A stretch of 64,000 nucleotides of DNA from an uncultured OM182 clade bacterium (GTDB lineage Bacteria > Pseudomonadota > Gammaproteobacteria > Pseudomonadales > Azotimanducaceae), in contig CACFLG010000005.1 of the NCBI GenBank assembly GCA_902567095.1, forward strand, positions 1,267-65,266, written 5' to 3'. The position numbers were made by a program, and so were the translations under genes. Each line of letters starts with the position of its first letter. The stretch's first letter is position 1. The notes under the pieces were generated by a model that worked only from the letters and a program-made list of their open reading frames with translations, was not told the DNA's origin and did no database searches. Positions 1 through 8,947 of the stretch are shown piece by piece.

Positions 1-251
1 TCTCCGCGGGCCGTGAGCTCAGCGCAACACATTGAGGGACCTAGTTCTAAACCGTCTTTCGAAAACTTGGCCTCCAACATACCGTCTATTTTTTTTACAT
101 CGACTATTAAACGGGATTGATCCTCTGTGGAGTTGTTTTGGATTATAAGGTCTGTTCCTCCGGCTAGTACCCGAGCAGGGATTTCTGATTCCTTTAGCAG
201 CCTGACTGCTTCATCGATTGAATTCGGTGCTTCATAAACTACTGATACCAT
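1..251 (-). CDS. N-terminal fragment of an FAD-binding (medium) subunit of a xanthine/CO-dehydrogenase-family molybdoenzyme. It runs off the window edge.
   Basis: My own translation of the minus strand from the ATG at 251 gives MVSVVYEAPNSIDEAVRLLKESEIPARVLAGGTDLIIQNN... The N-terminal AGGTDL motif is typical of CoxM/XdhB-type FAD-binding subunits. It is absent from the ORF track because it is truncated. Confidence 0.55.
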   Translation of the reverse strand, partial: MVSVVYEAPNSIDEAVRLLKESEIPARVLAGGTDLIIQNNSTEDQSRLIVDVKKIDGMLEAKFSKDGLELGPSMCCAELTARG

Positions 252-402
252 TTTCCCTCCTTTTCGCCCTTTCAGGTTCGATCATCCAGCGACGCGACCC
301 GACAATATCAGATTAATATATATACCATGCAAAGGTTCCTCGGCCAAGAAGAGCCTTTGTTATTCCTCCCGAGGCTTGCGATAATTGACCTGAACAAAGG
401 GT

Positions 403-1368
403 CTATAAATTCGAAATATAACTACATATTCTCTCAGTCAATTTGGACTGATTTATGTTAGAGAACCCGCGAGACATTGATATGCCCTGATGAACTAGGC
501 TAACTATATCGGCAAGTTCATCAAAATTGGCGTTTAACGACAGTAACTCACTCGCCTTGAAAAGTGATGGATACTTAATTTCTTCCAAGCCAACTTTCTG
601 AATAACCATCGCATCAAAAGTCACTTTATATAAAACACTTAAGCTCTCAGACTTACTAAGCCGATCAATTTCTCCTGCGCCCAAGAAAGGAGAAACTGAG
701 CCATCAATAATTGAACAGATAAGATCTCCGACTTTTTCGGATTCTGGTTCAAAATTATCAGGAACTCCACCTCCTTTTTTCGAAGAGGACGACACATGCT
801 TTTCTATTAGCGCAAATGAATCATCGATCTCTCTCTTTTCAAGGTTCGCAAAACTCTGAGTATTATCAAATGGCAATTTAAGTTTGTAAGTCTGGCAACG
901 ACTCCTAACTGTAGGCAAAAGAGACAAAGGTCGGTTACTTACCAAACAAAAGAAAGTTCCTTTTGGTGGCTCTTCAAGCACTTTTAGTAAAGCATTTTGC
1001 GCCTGAACGTTTAGATCGTCGGCAGCACAAATCAGACAGAGTTTTATGCCGCCTAAAACCGAGCTCTTAGTTGCCCAATCGATGACATCACGAACTTTTT
1101 CTACCTTGATCTGCCTGTCATCTCCTCTGTCAAGGATCTTTAAATCAGGGTGGTTGCTCGCCAACCTTAACTTGCAGCTTTTACAATTTTGGCAAGGTTT
1201 GAAAGAAGAAGTGCACAAAAGGCGCTCTGTAATTGCCTTGCCCACCGCTTCTCCGGAGTCCTCAGCCTCTGCATTTATCAAGAACGCATGAGGCAACTTT
1301 TTCGCTTCGACCGTTGTTAGGAAATTAATCCAGCTACCATCACCATTGGACGGAATATTAGAGCTCAA
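403..1368 (-). CDS. holB: DNA polymerase III delta-prime subunit
   Basis: 321 aa with a Cys cluster (CQNCKSCKL) and the clamp-loader box ALLKVLEEPP. It overlaps tmk by 4 nt, in the tmk-holB order conserved in gammaproteobacteria. Confidence 0.85.
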   Translation of the reverse strand: MSSNIPSNGDGSWINFLTTVEAKKLPHAFLINAEAEDSGEAVGKAITERLLCTSSFKPCQNCKSCKLRLASNHPDLKILDRGDDRQIKVEKVRDVIDWATKSSVLGGIKLCLICAADDLNVQAQNALLKVLEEPPKGTFFCLVSNRPLSLLPTVRSRCQTYKLKLPFDNTQSFANLEKREIDDSFALIEKHVSSSSKKGGGVPDNFEPESEKVGDLICSIIDGSVSPFLGAGEIDRLSKSESLSVLYKVTFDAMVIQKVGLEEIKYPSLFKASELLSLNANFDELADIVSLVHQGISMSRGFSNINQSKLTERICSYISNL

Positions 1369-2012
1369 AGAAACCTCGATTTAATCAGCAATCTCAGTTC
1401 ATTTTGAATGGCCTCAACAGAAGAAGATGCGTCAAAAACTTGATATCTTGAATCTTTTCTAGACAAACTCAAAAAAGTGTCCCTGACTGGTCCAAAGAAT
1501 TTGGCCCCTTCCTTTTCGAAACGGTCAGCTTTTGAATTTTTTGTTGCTCTTCTCAATCCATCCTTCCATTCTAAGTCAAGAACAATTGTAAGATCAGGAA
1601 CGAAGCTTCCGAAAGCTAACTCCGTTAGTTTTTGGACATGCGAAGCTCCAAGCCCGCGTCCAGCACCTTGATAAGCGATACTTGAGTCATTAAATCTGTC
1701 GCATAAGACCCATTTTCCGCTTTCGAGAGCGGGTTTGATCTTCTCTTCAATATGCTGAGCTCTGGCAGCAGCCATCAAGAGAAGCTCAGCCATAGGAACC
1801 ACATTTTTTTGTCGCTCATCCAACAAAATTTCCCGCAACACCTCTCCGAGGGCTGTACCTCCAGGCTCTCTGGTTAGAACCACTTTAAATTCTAAATCTT
1901 TTAAATATTCCGCTAAGAGCTCTATTTGGGTGGATTTACCGGCTCCCTCTATCCCTTCAAACGTGAGAAATTTACCTGATGACATGTCAAGGAGCCCGTC
2001 TGCTATTTCCAA
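1365..2012 (-). CDS. tmk: thymidylate kinase
   Basis: P-loop FEGIEGAGKST, a TREPGGT motif and a length of 215 aa. Confidence 0.95.
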   Translation of the reverse strand: MEIADGLLDMSSGKFLTFEGIEGAGKSTQIELLAEYLKDLEFKVVLTREPGGTALGEVLREILLDERQKNVVPMAELLLMAAARAQHIEEKIKPALESGKWVLCDRFNDSSIAYQGAGRGLGASHVQKLTELAFGSFVPDLTIVLDLEWKDGLRRATKNSKADRFEKEGAKFFGPVRDTFLSLSRKDSRYQVFDASSSVEAIQNELRLLIKSRFL

Positions 2013-3024
2013 GTTGGTATCTTTTAACGGCGGCCAAATGCTCTTTGTAATTCTTTGAAAAATAACTTTTACCGTTACCCATTGCTACAAAATAATAAAA
2101 GGGAGACTTAACCTCAGAGAGAACCACATTTATGGACTCGCGCCCCGGCGAAGCAATTGGAGTCGGGGGCAGACCAAACCGAGTGTATGTATTAAAGGGG
2201 TTATCACGCCTCAAATGGTGCCTTTTAAGATCGCCATCGAAAGCACCTCCCAAACCATATATGACCGTCGGGTCACTCTCCAATCTCATCCCGCTTCTCA
2301 GCCGATTTAAGAACACCGAACCAATTTTGGCTCTATCGGGCCCGTATCCTGTTTCTTTTTCAACCATTGAAGCTAGGATAAGTGACTCATAAGGCGTTTT
2401 TAAAAGCCTTTCCGCGCGTCTGCTCGACCATTCTAAAGCGATAATTTCTTTCATTTTTCGGTGGGCACTTTCAAGCAAATCTAGGTCGCTAGTTCCAAGA
2501 TTATAGTAGTACGTGTCTGGAAAAAACCAACCTTCGATCTCGCCCTTTATCCCAATCAAACCAGCGATTTCAGCGTCGCTCATGTCCGGGATCTTCTTAT
2601 TTAGGTGCGGCAGAACCATTAACTTTTTACGCCACTGGCTGAAAGTCCAACCCTCTGGAAAGGTCGCCCGATAACTAACCACCGCTCCGGCTCTAAGCAA
2701 CTTTATTATTTCTCGAACAGTCATCCCCTTGGCCAAACTATACTTCCCAGCTTTTATCGGACCTCTATCTTCTGTAAGTTTCGAGTAAAGCCTTATGACA
2801 TTCCTGTTCTGATTGATCAGAGACCCCTCCTCCTCAAGTTTGTCGAACAGATCAAGTATGGTCGAACCTCTTGGAACCTCTAGTATCATAGAGCGATCCA
2901 TACTCGAGTCGAGTTTGGACAAAATGAATGCAAAGGCAACTATAAGAACCAATAAAAAAAATAAAGAAAAAGTTAGCAGAAATAACTTATTCCTTTCGAT
3001 GAACTCTTTAATATGACTATGCAA
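1987..3024 (-). CDS. mltG: endolytic murein transglycosylase MltG (YceG family)
   Basis: 345 aa with an N-terminal TM anchor and YceG-type motifs (FPEGWT, SIVEKET-like ASMVEKET, NTY..GLPP.PI..PG). Confidence 0.9.
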   Translation of the reverse strand: MHSHIKEFIERNKLFLLTFSLFFLLVLIVAFAFILSKLDSSMDRSMILEVPRGSTILDLFDKLEEEGSLINQNRNVIRLYSKLTEDRGPIKAGKYSLAKGMTVREIIKLLRAGAVVSYRATFPEGWTFSQWRKKLMVLPHLNKKIPDMSDAEIAGLIGIKGEIEGWFFPDTYYYNLGTSDLDLLESAHRKMKEIIALEWSSRRAERLLKTPYESLILASMVEKETGYGPDRAKIGSVFLNRLRSGMRLESDPTVIYGLGGAFDGDLKRHHLRRDNPFNTYTRFGLPPTPIASPGRESINVVLSEVKSPFYYFVAMGNGKSYFSKNYKEHLAAVKRYQLGNSRRAP

Positions 3025-4258
3025 TTTTCTTTAGAACTAACGAGCCATTAGTGCCCCCAAACCCAAAAGAATTGCTCATCGCTACGTCAATGAGCGTTTC
3101 TTTTGCATTTCCGGCCACATAATCCAAATCGCACCCATCGCTCGGATTTTCGAGATTTATAGTCGGAGGAGCGACTTGATCCTGAATCGCGCAGATAGTC
3201 ACAATCGCTTCTATGGCACCGGCAGCGCCGAGGGCATGGCCATGCATTGACTTAGTAGAACTGACAAGAAGCTTGCTCGCGTGTGAACCAAAAGTGCTTT
3301 TTATTGCAGCCGTTTCCGCAAGGTCTCCCAGAGTTGTGGAGGTGCCATGCGCATTTATGTAGTGAACATTGGAGGAAGGGATTTTGGCATCATTCAAGGC
3401 ATTCTTCATAGCGTCTGCGGCACCCGAACCATTGCTAGAAGGAGAAGTCATGTGATCAGCATCTGCACTCATCCCAAAACCAATGAGTTCGCAATAAATT
3501 CTTGCTCCTCTTTTTTTCGCATGTTCGTATTCCTCTAGAACAATAGCTCCTGCACCGTCGCTGAGAACGAACCCGTCTCTATCTCGATCCCACGGCCTAC
3601 TAGCGCTTGTGGGATCTTCATTTCTTAGAGAAAGAGCTCTCATCGCCGCAAAACCTGCAATGGTCGTTGGACAGGTCGCCTTTTCAGCTCCTCCAGCGAC
3701 CATAATATCTGCATCTCCATGCATAATTAATCTCGCAGACATTCCTATATTATGGAGTCCAGTGGTACACGCCGTGGATATTGCCAAGTTTGGTCCCCTG
3801 AACCCATACCTTATTGAAAGGTGCCCAGAAACCATATTAATAATGCTAGAGGGCACAAAAAACGGGGAAACCTTGGATGGTCCTTTATTGATAACCACGT
3901 CATGACAGGTCTCTATTGTATTGATCCCGCCAATCCCTGATCCAATTGAGACGCCAACTCTTCTTAAGTCAACAGGTGACGAATCAATCTCCGAATCACT
4001 GACCGCCTGCACTCCAGCTGCCAAGCCTAGGAGAATGAAATCGTCCATTCTCCTAGAATCCTTTGGAGAGATGTAACTAGATAAATCAAAATCTGGAATC
4101 TGGCCGCCAATTTTTACAGTGTGCTTTGTTACGTCGAAAGCCGTGAGATTAGAAATTCCGCTCTTTCCTGCCAACATCGCAGCCCAAGATGTTCTTACAT
4201 CAGGGCCTAACGGACTGACCATGCCTATACCTGTAATTACAACCCTTCTGCCCGACAT
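3017..4258 (-). CDS. fabF: 3-oxoacyl-ACP synthase II
   Basis: 413 aa with the active-site region ISTACTTG, both His boxes (NAHGTST, KSMHGHALGAAG) and a C-terminal NSFGFGGTN. It lies next to acpP. Confidence 0.95.
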   Translation of the reverse strand: MSGRRVVITGIGMVSPLGPDVRTSWAAMLAGKSGISNLTAFDVTKHTVKIGGQIPDFDLSSYISPKDSRRMDDFILLGLAAGVQAVSDSEIDSSPVDLRRVGVSIGSGIGGINTIETCHDVVINKGPSKVSPFFVPSSIINMVSGHLSIRYGFRGPNLAISTACTTGLHNIGMSARLIMHGDADIMVAGGAEKATCPTTIAGFAAMRALSLRNEDPTSASRPWDRDRDGFVLSDGAGAIVLEEYEHAKKRGARIYCELIGFGMSADADHMTSPSSNGSGAADAMKNALNDAKIPSSNVHYINAHGTSTTLGDLAETAAIKSTFGSHASKLLVSSTKSMHGHALGAAGAIEAIVTICAIQDQVAPPTINLENPSDGCDLDYVAGNAKETLIDVAMSNSFGFGGTNGSLVLKKIA

Positions 4259-4343
4259 TGTCGTTCCCCAAACAAAATACTTTAAAGGAGATGATTAAAA
4301 CGCAAACCAAATGTAAGTGAACAGATTATTGCTGGGTCGCTTT

Positions 4344-4577
4344 TTACGTATTGGCTTCGATGTAGTCGATCGCTTCTTTAACCGTGGTTATTTTCTCTGC
4401 TTCCTCGTCAGGTATCTCAGTCTCAAACTCTTCTTCTAGAGCCATAACTAATTCGACTGTGTCGAGCGAATCTGCTCCGAGATCCTCAACAAAAGAAGCT
4501 TCAGGGGTAACTTCCTCTTCTTTGACCCCGAGTTGCTCACATACTAATTTTGTAACTCGTTCAACAATAGTGCTCAT
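4344..4577 (-). CDS. acpP: acyl carrier protein
   Basis: 77 aa with the phosphopantetheine site [20 protein letters not shown]. Confidence 0.97.
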   Translation of the reverse strand: MSTIVERVTKLVCEQLGVKEEEVTPEASFVEDLGADSLDTVELVMALEEEFETEIPDEEAEKITTVKEAIDYIEANT

Positions 4578-4680
4578 GGCCGGAATTACTCCTTCTGCTG
4601 TAAAGAAGCGGTAGTTTAATGAAATGGCCGATACTGATTCAAGCTTTTTGTGTGAGTTTTCTTACAAAGACTAAAATTTT

Positions 4681-5406
4681 CTACGATCTATACATCCCGC
4701 CGTTGATGTGAATCGTCTCTCCGGTGATGTAACTAGATGATTCATTGCATAAAAATGACGCTAGAGCAGCCACCTCGGCAGCATCTCCAAATCTGCCCAA
4801 AGGAATCAAATTAAGCATCGCCTGCTGATTAGACTCCGCAATTTCCTGTGTCATCTCGGTTTTTATATAGCCTGGCGCTATAGAATTCACTGTGATTCCT
4901 CGGGAACCCAACTCTAAACTTAGGGAGCGAGTGTACCCTTCTATTCCAGCTTTCGAAGCCGCATAGTTGGTTTGACCAGGATTGCCCATTGAGCCGACGA
5001 CAGACGACAGGTTTATAATACGGCCCCAACGCGCCTTGATCATGCCTCTAAGAAAAGCTTTTGTAATTCTAAAAAGACCGCTCAGGTTCGTCTCTATAAC
5101 ATCATCCCACTCTTCATTCTTCATTCTAATAGCAATATTATCTCTGGTTATCCCAGCATTATTAATTAACACAAGCGGCGCCTCAAACCTCTCTTTCACT
5201 TCATTCGCAAAATGGTCTATTGATTCAGTGTCAGCAATATCGAGCTGCATACCGAAGCCCAGGCCTGATATTCCTTTCGAGATTTTCTCCGCACCTGCCT
5301 GCGAGGTCGATGTGCCAACGACAAAAAACCCAGAGTTAATAAGTTCTCCAGAAATAGCATGGCCTATCCCGCGACTTGCTCCAGTGACTACGGCTACTTT
5401 TTGCAT
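4681..5406 (-). CDS. fabG: 3-oxoacyl-ACP reductase
   Basis: 241-aa SDR with TGASRGIG, NNAG and YAASKAG motifs, positioned between fabD and acpP. Confidence 0.95.
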   Translation of the reverse strand: MQKVAVVTGASRGIGHAISGELINSGFFVVGTSTSQAGAEKISKGISGLGFGMQLDIADTESIDHFANEVKERFEAPLVLINNAGITRDNIAIRMKNEEWDDVIETNLSGLFRITKAFLRGMIKARWGRIINLSSVVGSMGNPGQTNYAASKAGIEGYTRSLSLELGSRGITVNSIAPGYIKTEMTQEIAESNQQAMLNLIPLGRFGDAAEVAALASFLCNESSSYITGETIHINGGMYRS

Positions 5407-6341
5407 TATTTACCGAGGCTCGCTAACTGGTTAGCTTCTATTTCAGCGTTAAGAGAGCCCACAACCGCTCTTTTGTTTACTCGCTTAATAAGGCCACTGA
5501 GGACTCTTCCTGGACCGCACTCAACAAAGTTTTCTACCTGATTATCCCAAAGAGTTTTTATCGACTCGGTCCAACGAACGGGGGCACATACTTGATCCAC
5601 TAAATTTCTCCGAATCGACTCAGGGTCTGTCTCATAAACTGCGGTTACATTTTGAACAACAGGGATCTTTGGTGCGATAATTTCAATTTCACTTAGGCGT
5701 TCTTCCATTTTTAACGCTGCCGGCTTCATTAACGAGCAATGAAAAGGTGCGCTAACGTTTAAAAGGATGGATCTTTTCGCACCGCTTTCTTTGCATCTTC
5801 CTATCAAAACTTTAAGTGTTTCATTATCTCCGGCCACAACAACTTGCTCTGGCGCATTGAAATTTGCGGCTTCAACTAATCCTGTTTTCGATTCTCGCGT
5901 CACGGACTCGCAAATCTCTATCATCATATCGTCACTAAGCCCTAAAACAGCTGCCATGCCACCCTTTCCGAGAGGGACCGCCCCTTGCATATATTGGCCA
6001 CGTCTCCGAACTAATTTAACAGCATCTTCAAATCGAATGGCTCCTGCCGCTACTAATGCTGCATACTCACCTAAGCTATGCCCCAGAACGACGTCAGGAA
6101 ACTCCGCATTATTGTTCATCGCATATCGAAACAGAGCTATCGAAACAGTGAGCAAAGCTGGTTGGGTGTATTCAGTTTGATTAAGCACCTCTTCTGGTCC
6201 AGAGGAGATTAACTCTCCCATATCGTAGCCCAAGGCCTCTGAAGCTTCTTCGTAAGTAGCAGCTACCTCAGAACTTTTTGCAACTAACATTCCAACCGAT
6301 TGCGATCCTTGTCCCGGAAAGACGTAAGCAAAACCACTCAT
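5406..6341 (-). CDS. fabD: malonyl-CoA:ACP transacylase
   Basis: 311 aa with FPGQGSQ and the active-site motif GHSLGEY. Confidence 0.95.
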   Translation of the reverse strand: MSGFAYVFPGQGSQSVGMLVAKSSEVAATYEEASEALGYDMGELISSGPEEVLNQTEYTQPALLTVSIALFRYAMNNNAEFPDVVLGHSLGEYAALVAAGAIRFEDAVKLVRRRGQYMQGAVPLGKGGMAAVLGLSDDMMIEICESVTRESKTGLVEAANFNAPEQVVVAGDNETLKVLIGRCKESGAKRSILLNVSAPFHCSLMKPAALKMEERLSEIEIIAPKIPVVQNVTAVYETDPESIRRNLVDQVCAPVRWTESIKTLWDNQVENFVECGPGRVLSGLIKRVNKRAVVGSLNAEIEANQLASLGK

Positions 6342-6371
6342 ATTCGGGAAATTCTTTGGATATGTTTAGAA

Positions 6372-6557
6372 CTAATCTTCTGAAACATCATCTGAAAACA
6401 CCTTTTTTCCTCTATAGAAACCGTCCTCCGTGATGTGATGTCTTCTATGAGTCTCACCGGTAGTTGGGTCTTCCGAAAGTGTCGCAGATCCTAAACTATC
6501 GTGCGATCTTCGTTTACCTCTCCTTGCTCGAGTGACCTTACTTTTTTGAACAGCCAT
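6372..6557 (-). CDS. rpmF: 50S ribosomal protein L32
   Basis: [20 protein letters not shown]..., 61 aa, downstream of yceD as in E. coli and Pseudomonas. Confidence 0.95.
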   Translation of the reverse strand: MAVQKSKVTRARRGKRRSHDSLGSATLSEDPTTGETHRRHHITEDGFYRGKKVFSDDVSED

Positions 6558-6558
6558 A

Positions 6559-7014
6559 TCAAACCTCCTTCCTGTCTCGTCCTTTATATTTTAACGCCAA
6601 ATCGCTGAACGGCCGATAAGTATCTTCGCAGGCTGCTTCGCCCAACGCCTCCTTTGAGTCACTGCCCTCTGAGAATCTGGCCGCGTATCCAGCACATCCG
6701 CTCCTATGTTTAGGTGCCATAGGTATAGCCACAATTAGCTCATCTTCCACTATATCCTGCAGAGAAACGCACTTTCCAACTGCAACAAACGCCGCTCGGT
6801 CCTGGTCCAAATCAAATAGCTCGTTTAGCTCTTCGACAACCACAGTATTTATCTCACAGGAGATCTGTTCCGAAAATTCTCCAAGGCAAATCTGACACTC
6901 TAAGTTAACCGCTGCTGATACATTGCCGGTTATCAAAGTTCGGCATTGTTCGTCAATAGAGAAAATCAAAGAAAATTTTACCTGCCCCTCCTGCCCAAGA
7001 ACCAAAGGGCACAA
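6559..7014 (-). CDS. yceD: YceD/DUF177 protein (large-subunit rRNA accumulation protein)
   Basis: It has the CxxC...C pattern ([10 protein letters not shown]) and an acidic middle region ([12 protein letters not shown]), and lies directly upstream of rpmF. The track start is a TTG. The in-frame upstream stretch still looks YceD-like but contains no ATG/GTG/TTG, so the true start is uncertain. Confidence 0.8.
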   Translation of the reverse strand: MCPLVLGQEGQVKFSLIFSIDEQCRTLITGNVSAAVNLECQICLGEFSEQISCEINTVVVEELNELFDLDQDRAAFVAVGKCVSLQDIVEDELIVAIPMAPKHRSGCAGYAARFSEGSDSKEALGEAACEDTYRPFSDLALKYKGRDRKEV

Positions 7015-7578
7015 TCTATCGAAATTAACCAGAGGTTCCGATCCTTTCCATGTCGCGTTTCTTCGGGCTTGCTTAGCGTGATCTATTTCTTTCAGATTGG
7101 CTTACCTGCTTCTTTTGATGCGCATATTAGGCAGTCGAGTCACGCCTGTCAAAGAAAGGAAAGATAAAAATAGAGCTTATTTCGTCTAGAGATTCATTGT
7201 GTCGTTTTAAACCGTCTAACATAATCTATCAGCAATTATTTTGGATCTCTTAATTTAGAAGCCTTGAGCGTTGAAGCACTGTTTTAGCTACCACAAAAAC
7301 GTCTACCTGTTTAAAAGATTCTATTTGATTCGGAGAGCTGAAGACTATTCGAATCAGAGCAGCTAACTCAAACAAGAAAATCTAGCTTACAAAGTGCCGC
7401 CTAAAAAAGTTAAAACTTTAGGCAATTGGAAGAAATCAAGCTGAAAATTTTTTTACTTAAACTTCTTAATCAAGCACTTTCTCTCACTTGGGATCAAAGG
7501 CGAACAGGCAAAAACAAAGCCGACCAAAAAAATACAAGAGTTTTTCTACACAAATATCCTAGGTAACTGTTTTTACGT

Positions 7579-8517
7579 TTATTTTAATAACATCTTAAAT
7601 GTTTCCGTAAATTCTTGAGACAGGGGGCATTCAACATCTACTTTCCCAACGTGTTTATTTTGGGGGATTGAGATTTGGGATGCGTGCAGCATCATGCGGG
7701 TTTTTAACCCTAACACTGATTCCTTAAATTTATCGCCGTACCTAATATCTCCTACTATCGGGTGGCGAGCCCAAAGCGCGTGCACCCTTATTTGGTGAGT
7801 TCTTCCGGTTTTTGGAAAAGCTTCAACCAGCGAGAAATCCTCGTTTCCGGAAATCTTTCTAAACCCAGTTCTAGCGCTTTTTCCTGATGCACTTACTTTA
7901 GTCCAACGCTCGCGCCCCTCATTAGAATATACCTCAAGAGCTTGGTTTATATAAGTCAACTTTTCAGGCCAGTCGCCATGAACAAGAGCTGTGTACCTCT
8001 TCGAAATACTTCCGGGCCTACGAAGCAATTCTTGCAAAAAAACCAGGCTAGCGCGTTTTTTTGAGATCATGAGACATCCTGAGGTATCCTTATCAAGTCT
8101 ATGAATTAGCTCAAGTTTTTCTTTTGTATTTTTATTTTTTCGGCTTGCTCTTAAACTTTCGATCAAACCAAATTTTACCGATGACCCACCGTGAACAGCA
8201 AGTCCGGCAGGTTTGTTGAAAACAATCAAATCGCTATTCTCAAAAACGATTTGAGTCTCGGGCTTAAAAAGAGGGTCGACATACTTGTTTTCTCTCGCGC
8301 TTAACCTAATTGGGGGCAATCTAACCTCATCACTCAAATAAAGCTTGGTTGAGGCACTTGCTCGGCTCCTGTTAACCCTTATCTCATTTCTTCGGATCAA
8401 CCGATAAATTCTTGACTTCGGCACTCCTTTGAGTGTTTTAAATAAAAAATTATCGAGCCTTTGGCCGGCACTATCCTCCATAATTTTTAAAAAGGTTACA
8501 TTTTGAAAAGTCTGCAT
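7579..8517 (-). CDS. rluC: 23S rRNA pseudouridine synthase, RluA family (RluC-like)
   Basis: 312 aa with an N-terminal S4 domain (RLDNFL..., SRIYRLIRRNEIRVN) and the catalytic motif HRLDKDTSG. It is divergent from rne as in E. coli. Confidence 0.85.
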   Translation of the reverse strand: MQTFQNVTFLKIMEDSAGQRLDNFLFKTLKGVPKSRIYRLIRRNEIRVNRSRASASTKLYLSDEVRLPPIRLSARENKYVDPLFKPETQIVFENSDLIVFNKPAGLAVHGGSSVKFGLIESLRASRKNKNTKEKLELIHRLDKDTSGCLMISKKRASLVFLQELLRRPGSISKRYTALVHGDWPEKLTYINQALEVYSNEGRERWTKVSASGKSARTGFRKISGNEDFSLVEAFPKTGRTHQIRVHALWARHPIVGDIRYGDKFKESVLGLKTRMMLHASQISIPQNKHVGKVDVECPLSQEFTETFKMLLK

Positions 8518-8947
8518 TAATTGAAAATAATTTTAGAATTAGTTTTTTTTGGAAATCTTGTTATACTTGTTCTTCATTCGGATAGCCAGCAACTAACAAG
8601 ACGGTAAAAAAGGCTAATAGAGCAGATTATTGGTAACGATCGTTGAGAAGATCGGTCCGGAAGTTCCATTGGGGAACATCATAAGAATTTAAATCGCCTA
8701 GCCCTCAGACACGGCTAGGTAGCTATTAACCGCACAGAGTTCGGTTCTAGCGTAGTAGGCAGATTAGATAATATTGAGTCCTGTGGAAGAAGGATTCAAC
8801 TGAAAAAAAAGAATCGGCAGTTCCTCTTAACGTGAGTTAACGTGAAATTATGCCGAAATCCTCTGAACCACAGTTAGAGCTGTCGGTTTTATCGCCTTTC
8901 CTATTACGCCAAACGTTACTCGTGCCTACGAACAAGCGTGGACGAAT
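8518..8947 (+). promoter_or_regulatory. Long structured 5' leader/promoter region of rne (probable autoregulatory leader)
   Basis: A 430-nt non-coding gap precedes rne. Hand-found hairpins include a 7-bp stem at 8697-8719 (CCTAGCC N9 GGCTAGG) and a 5-bp stem with a GUGA loop at 8827-8840. In E. coli, rne is autoregulated through a long 5' UTR. Confidence 0.5.
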
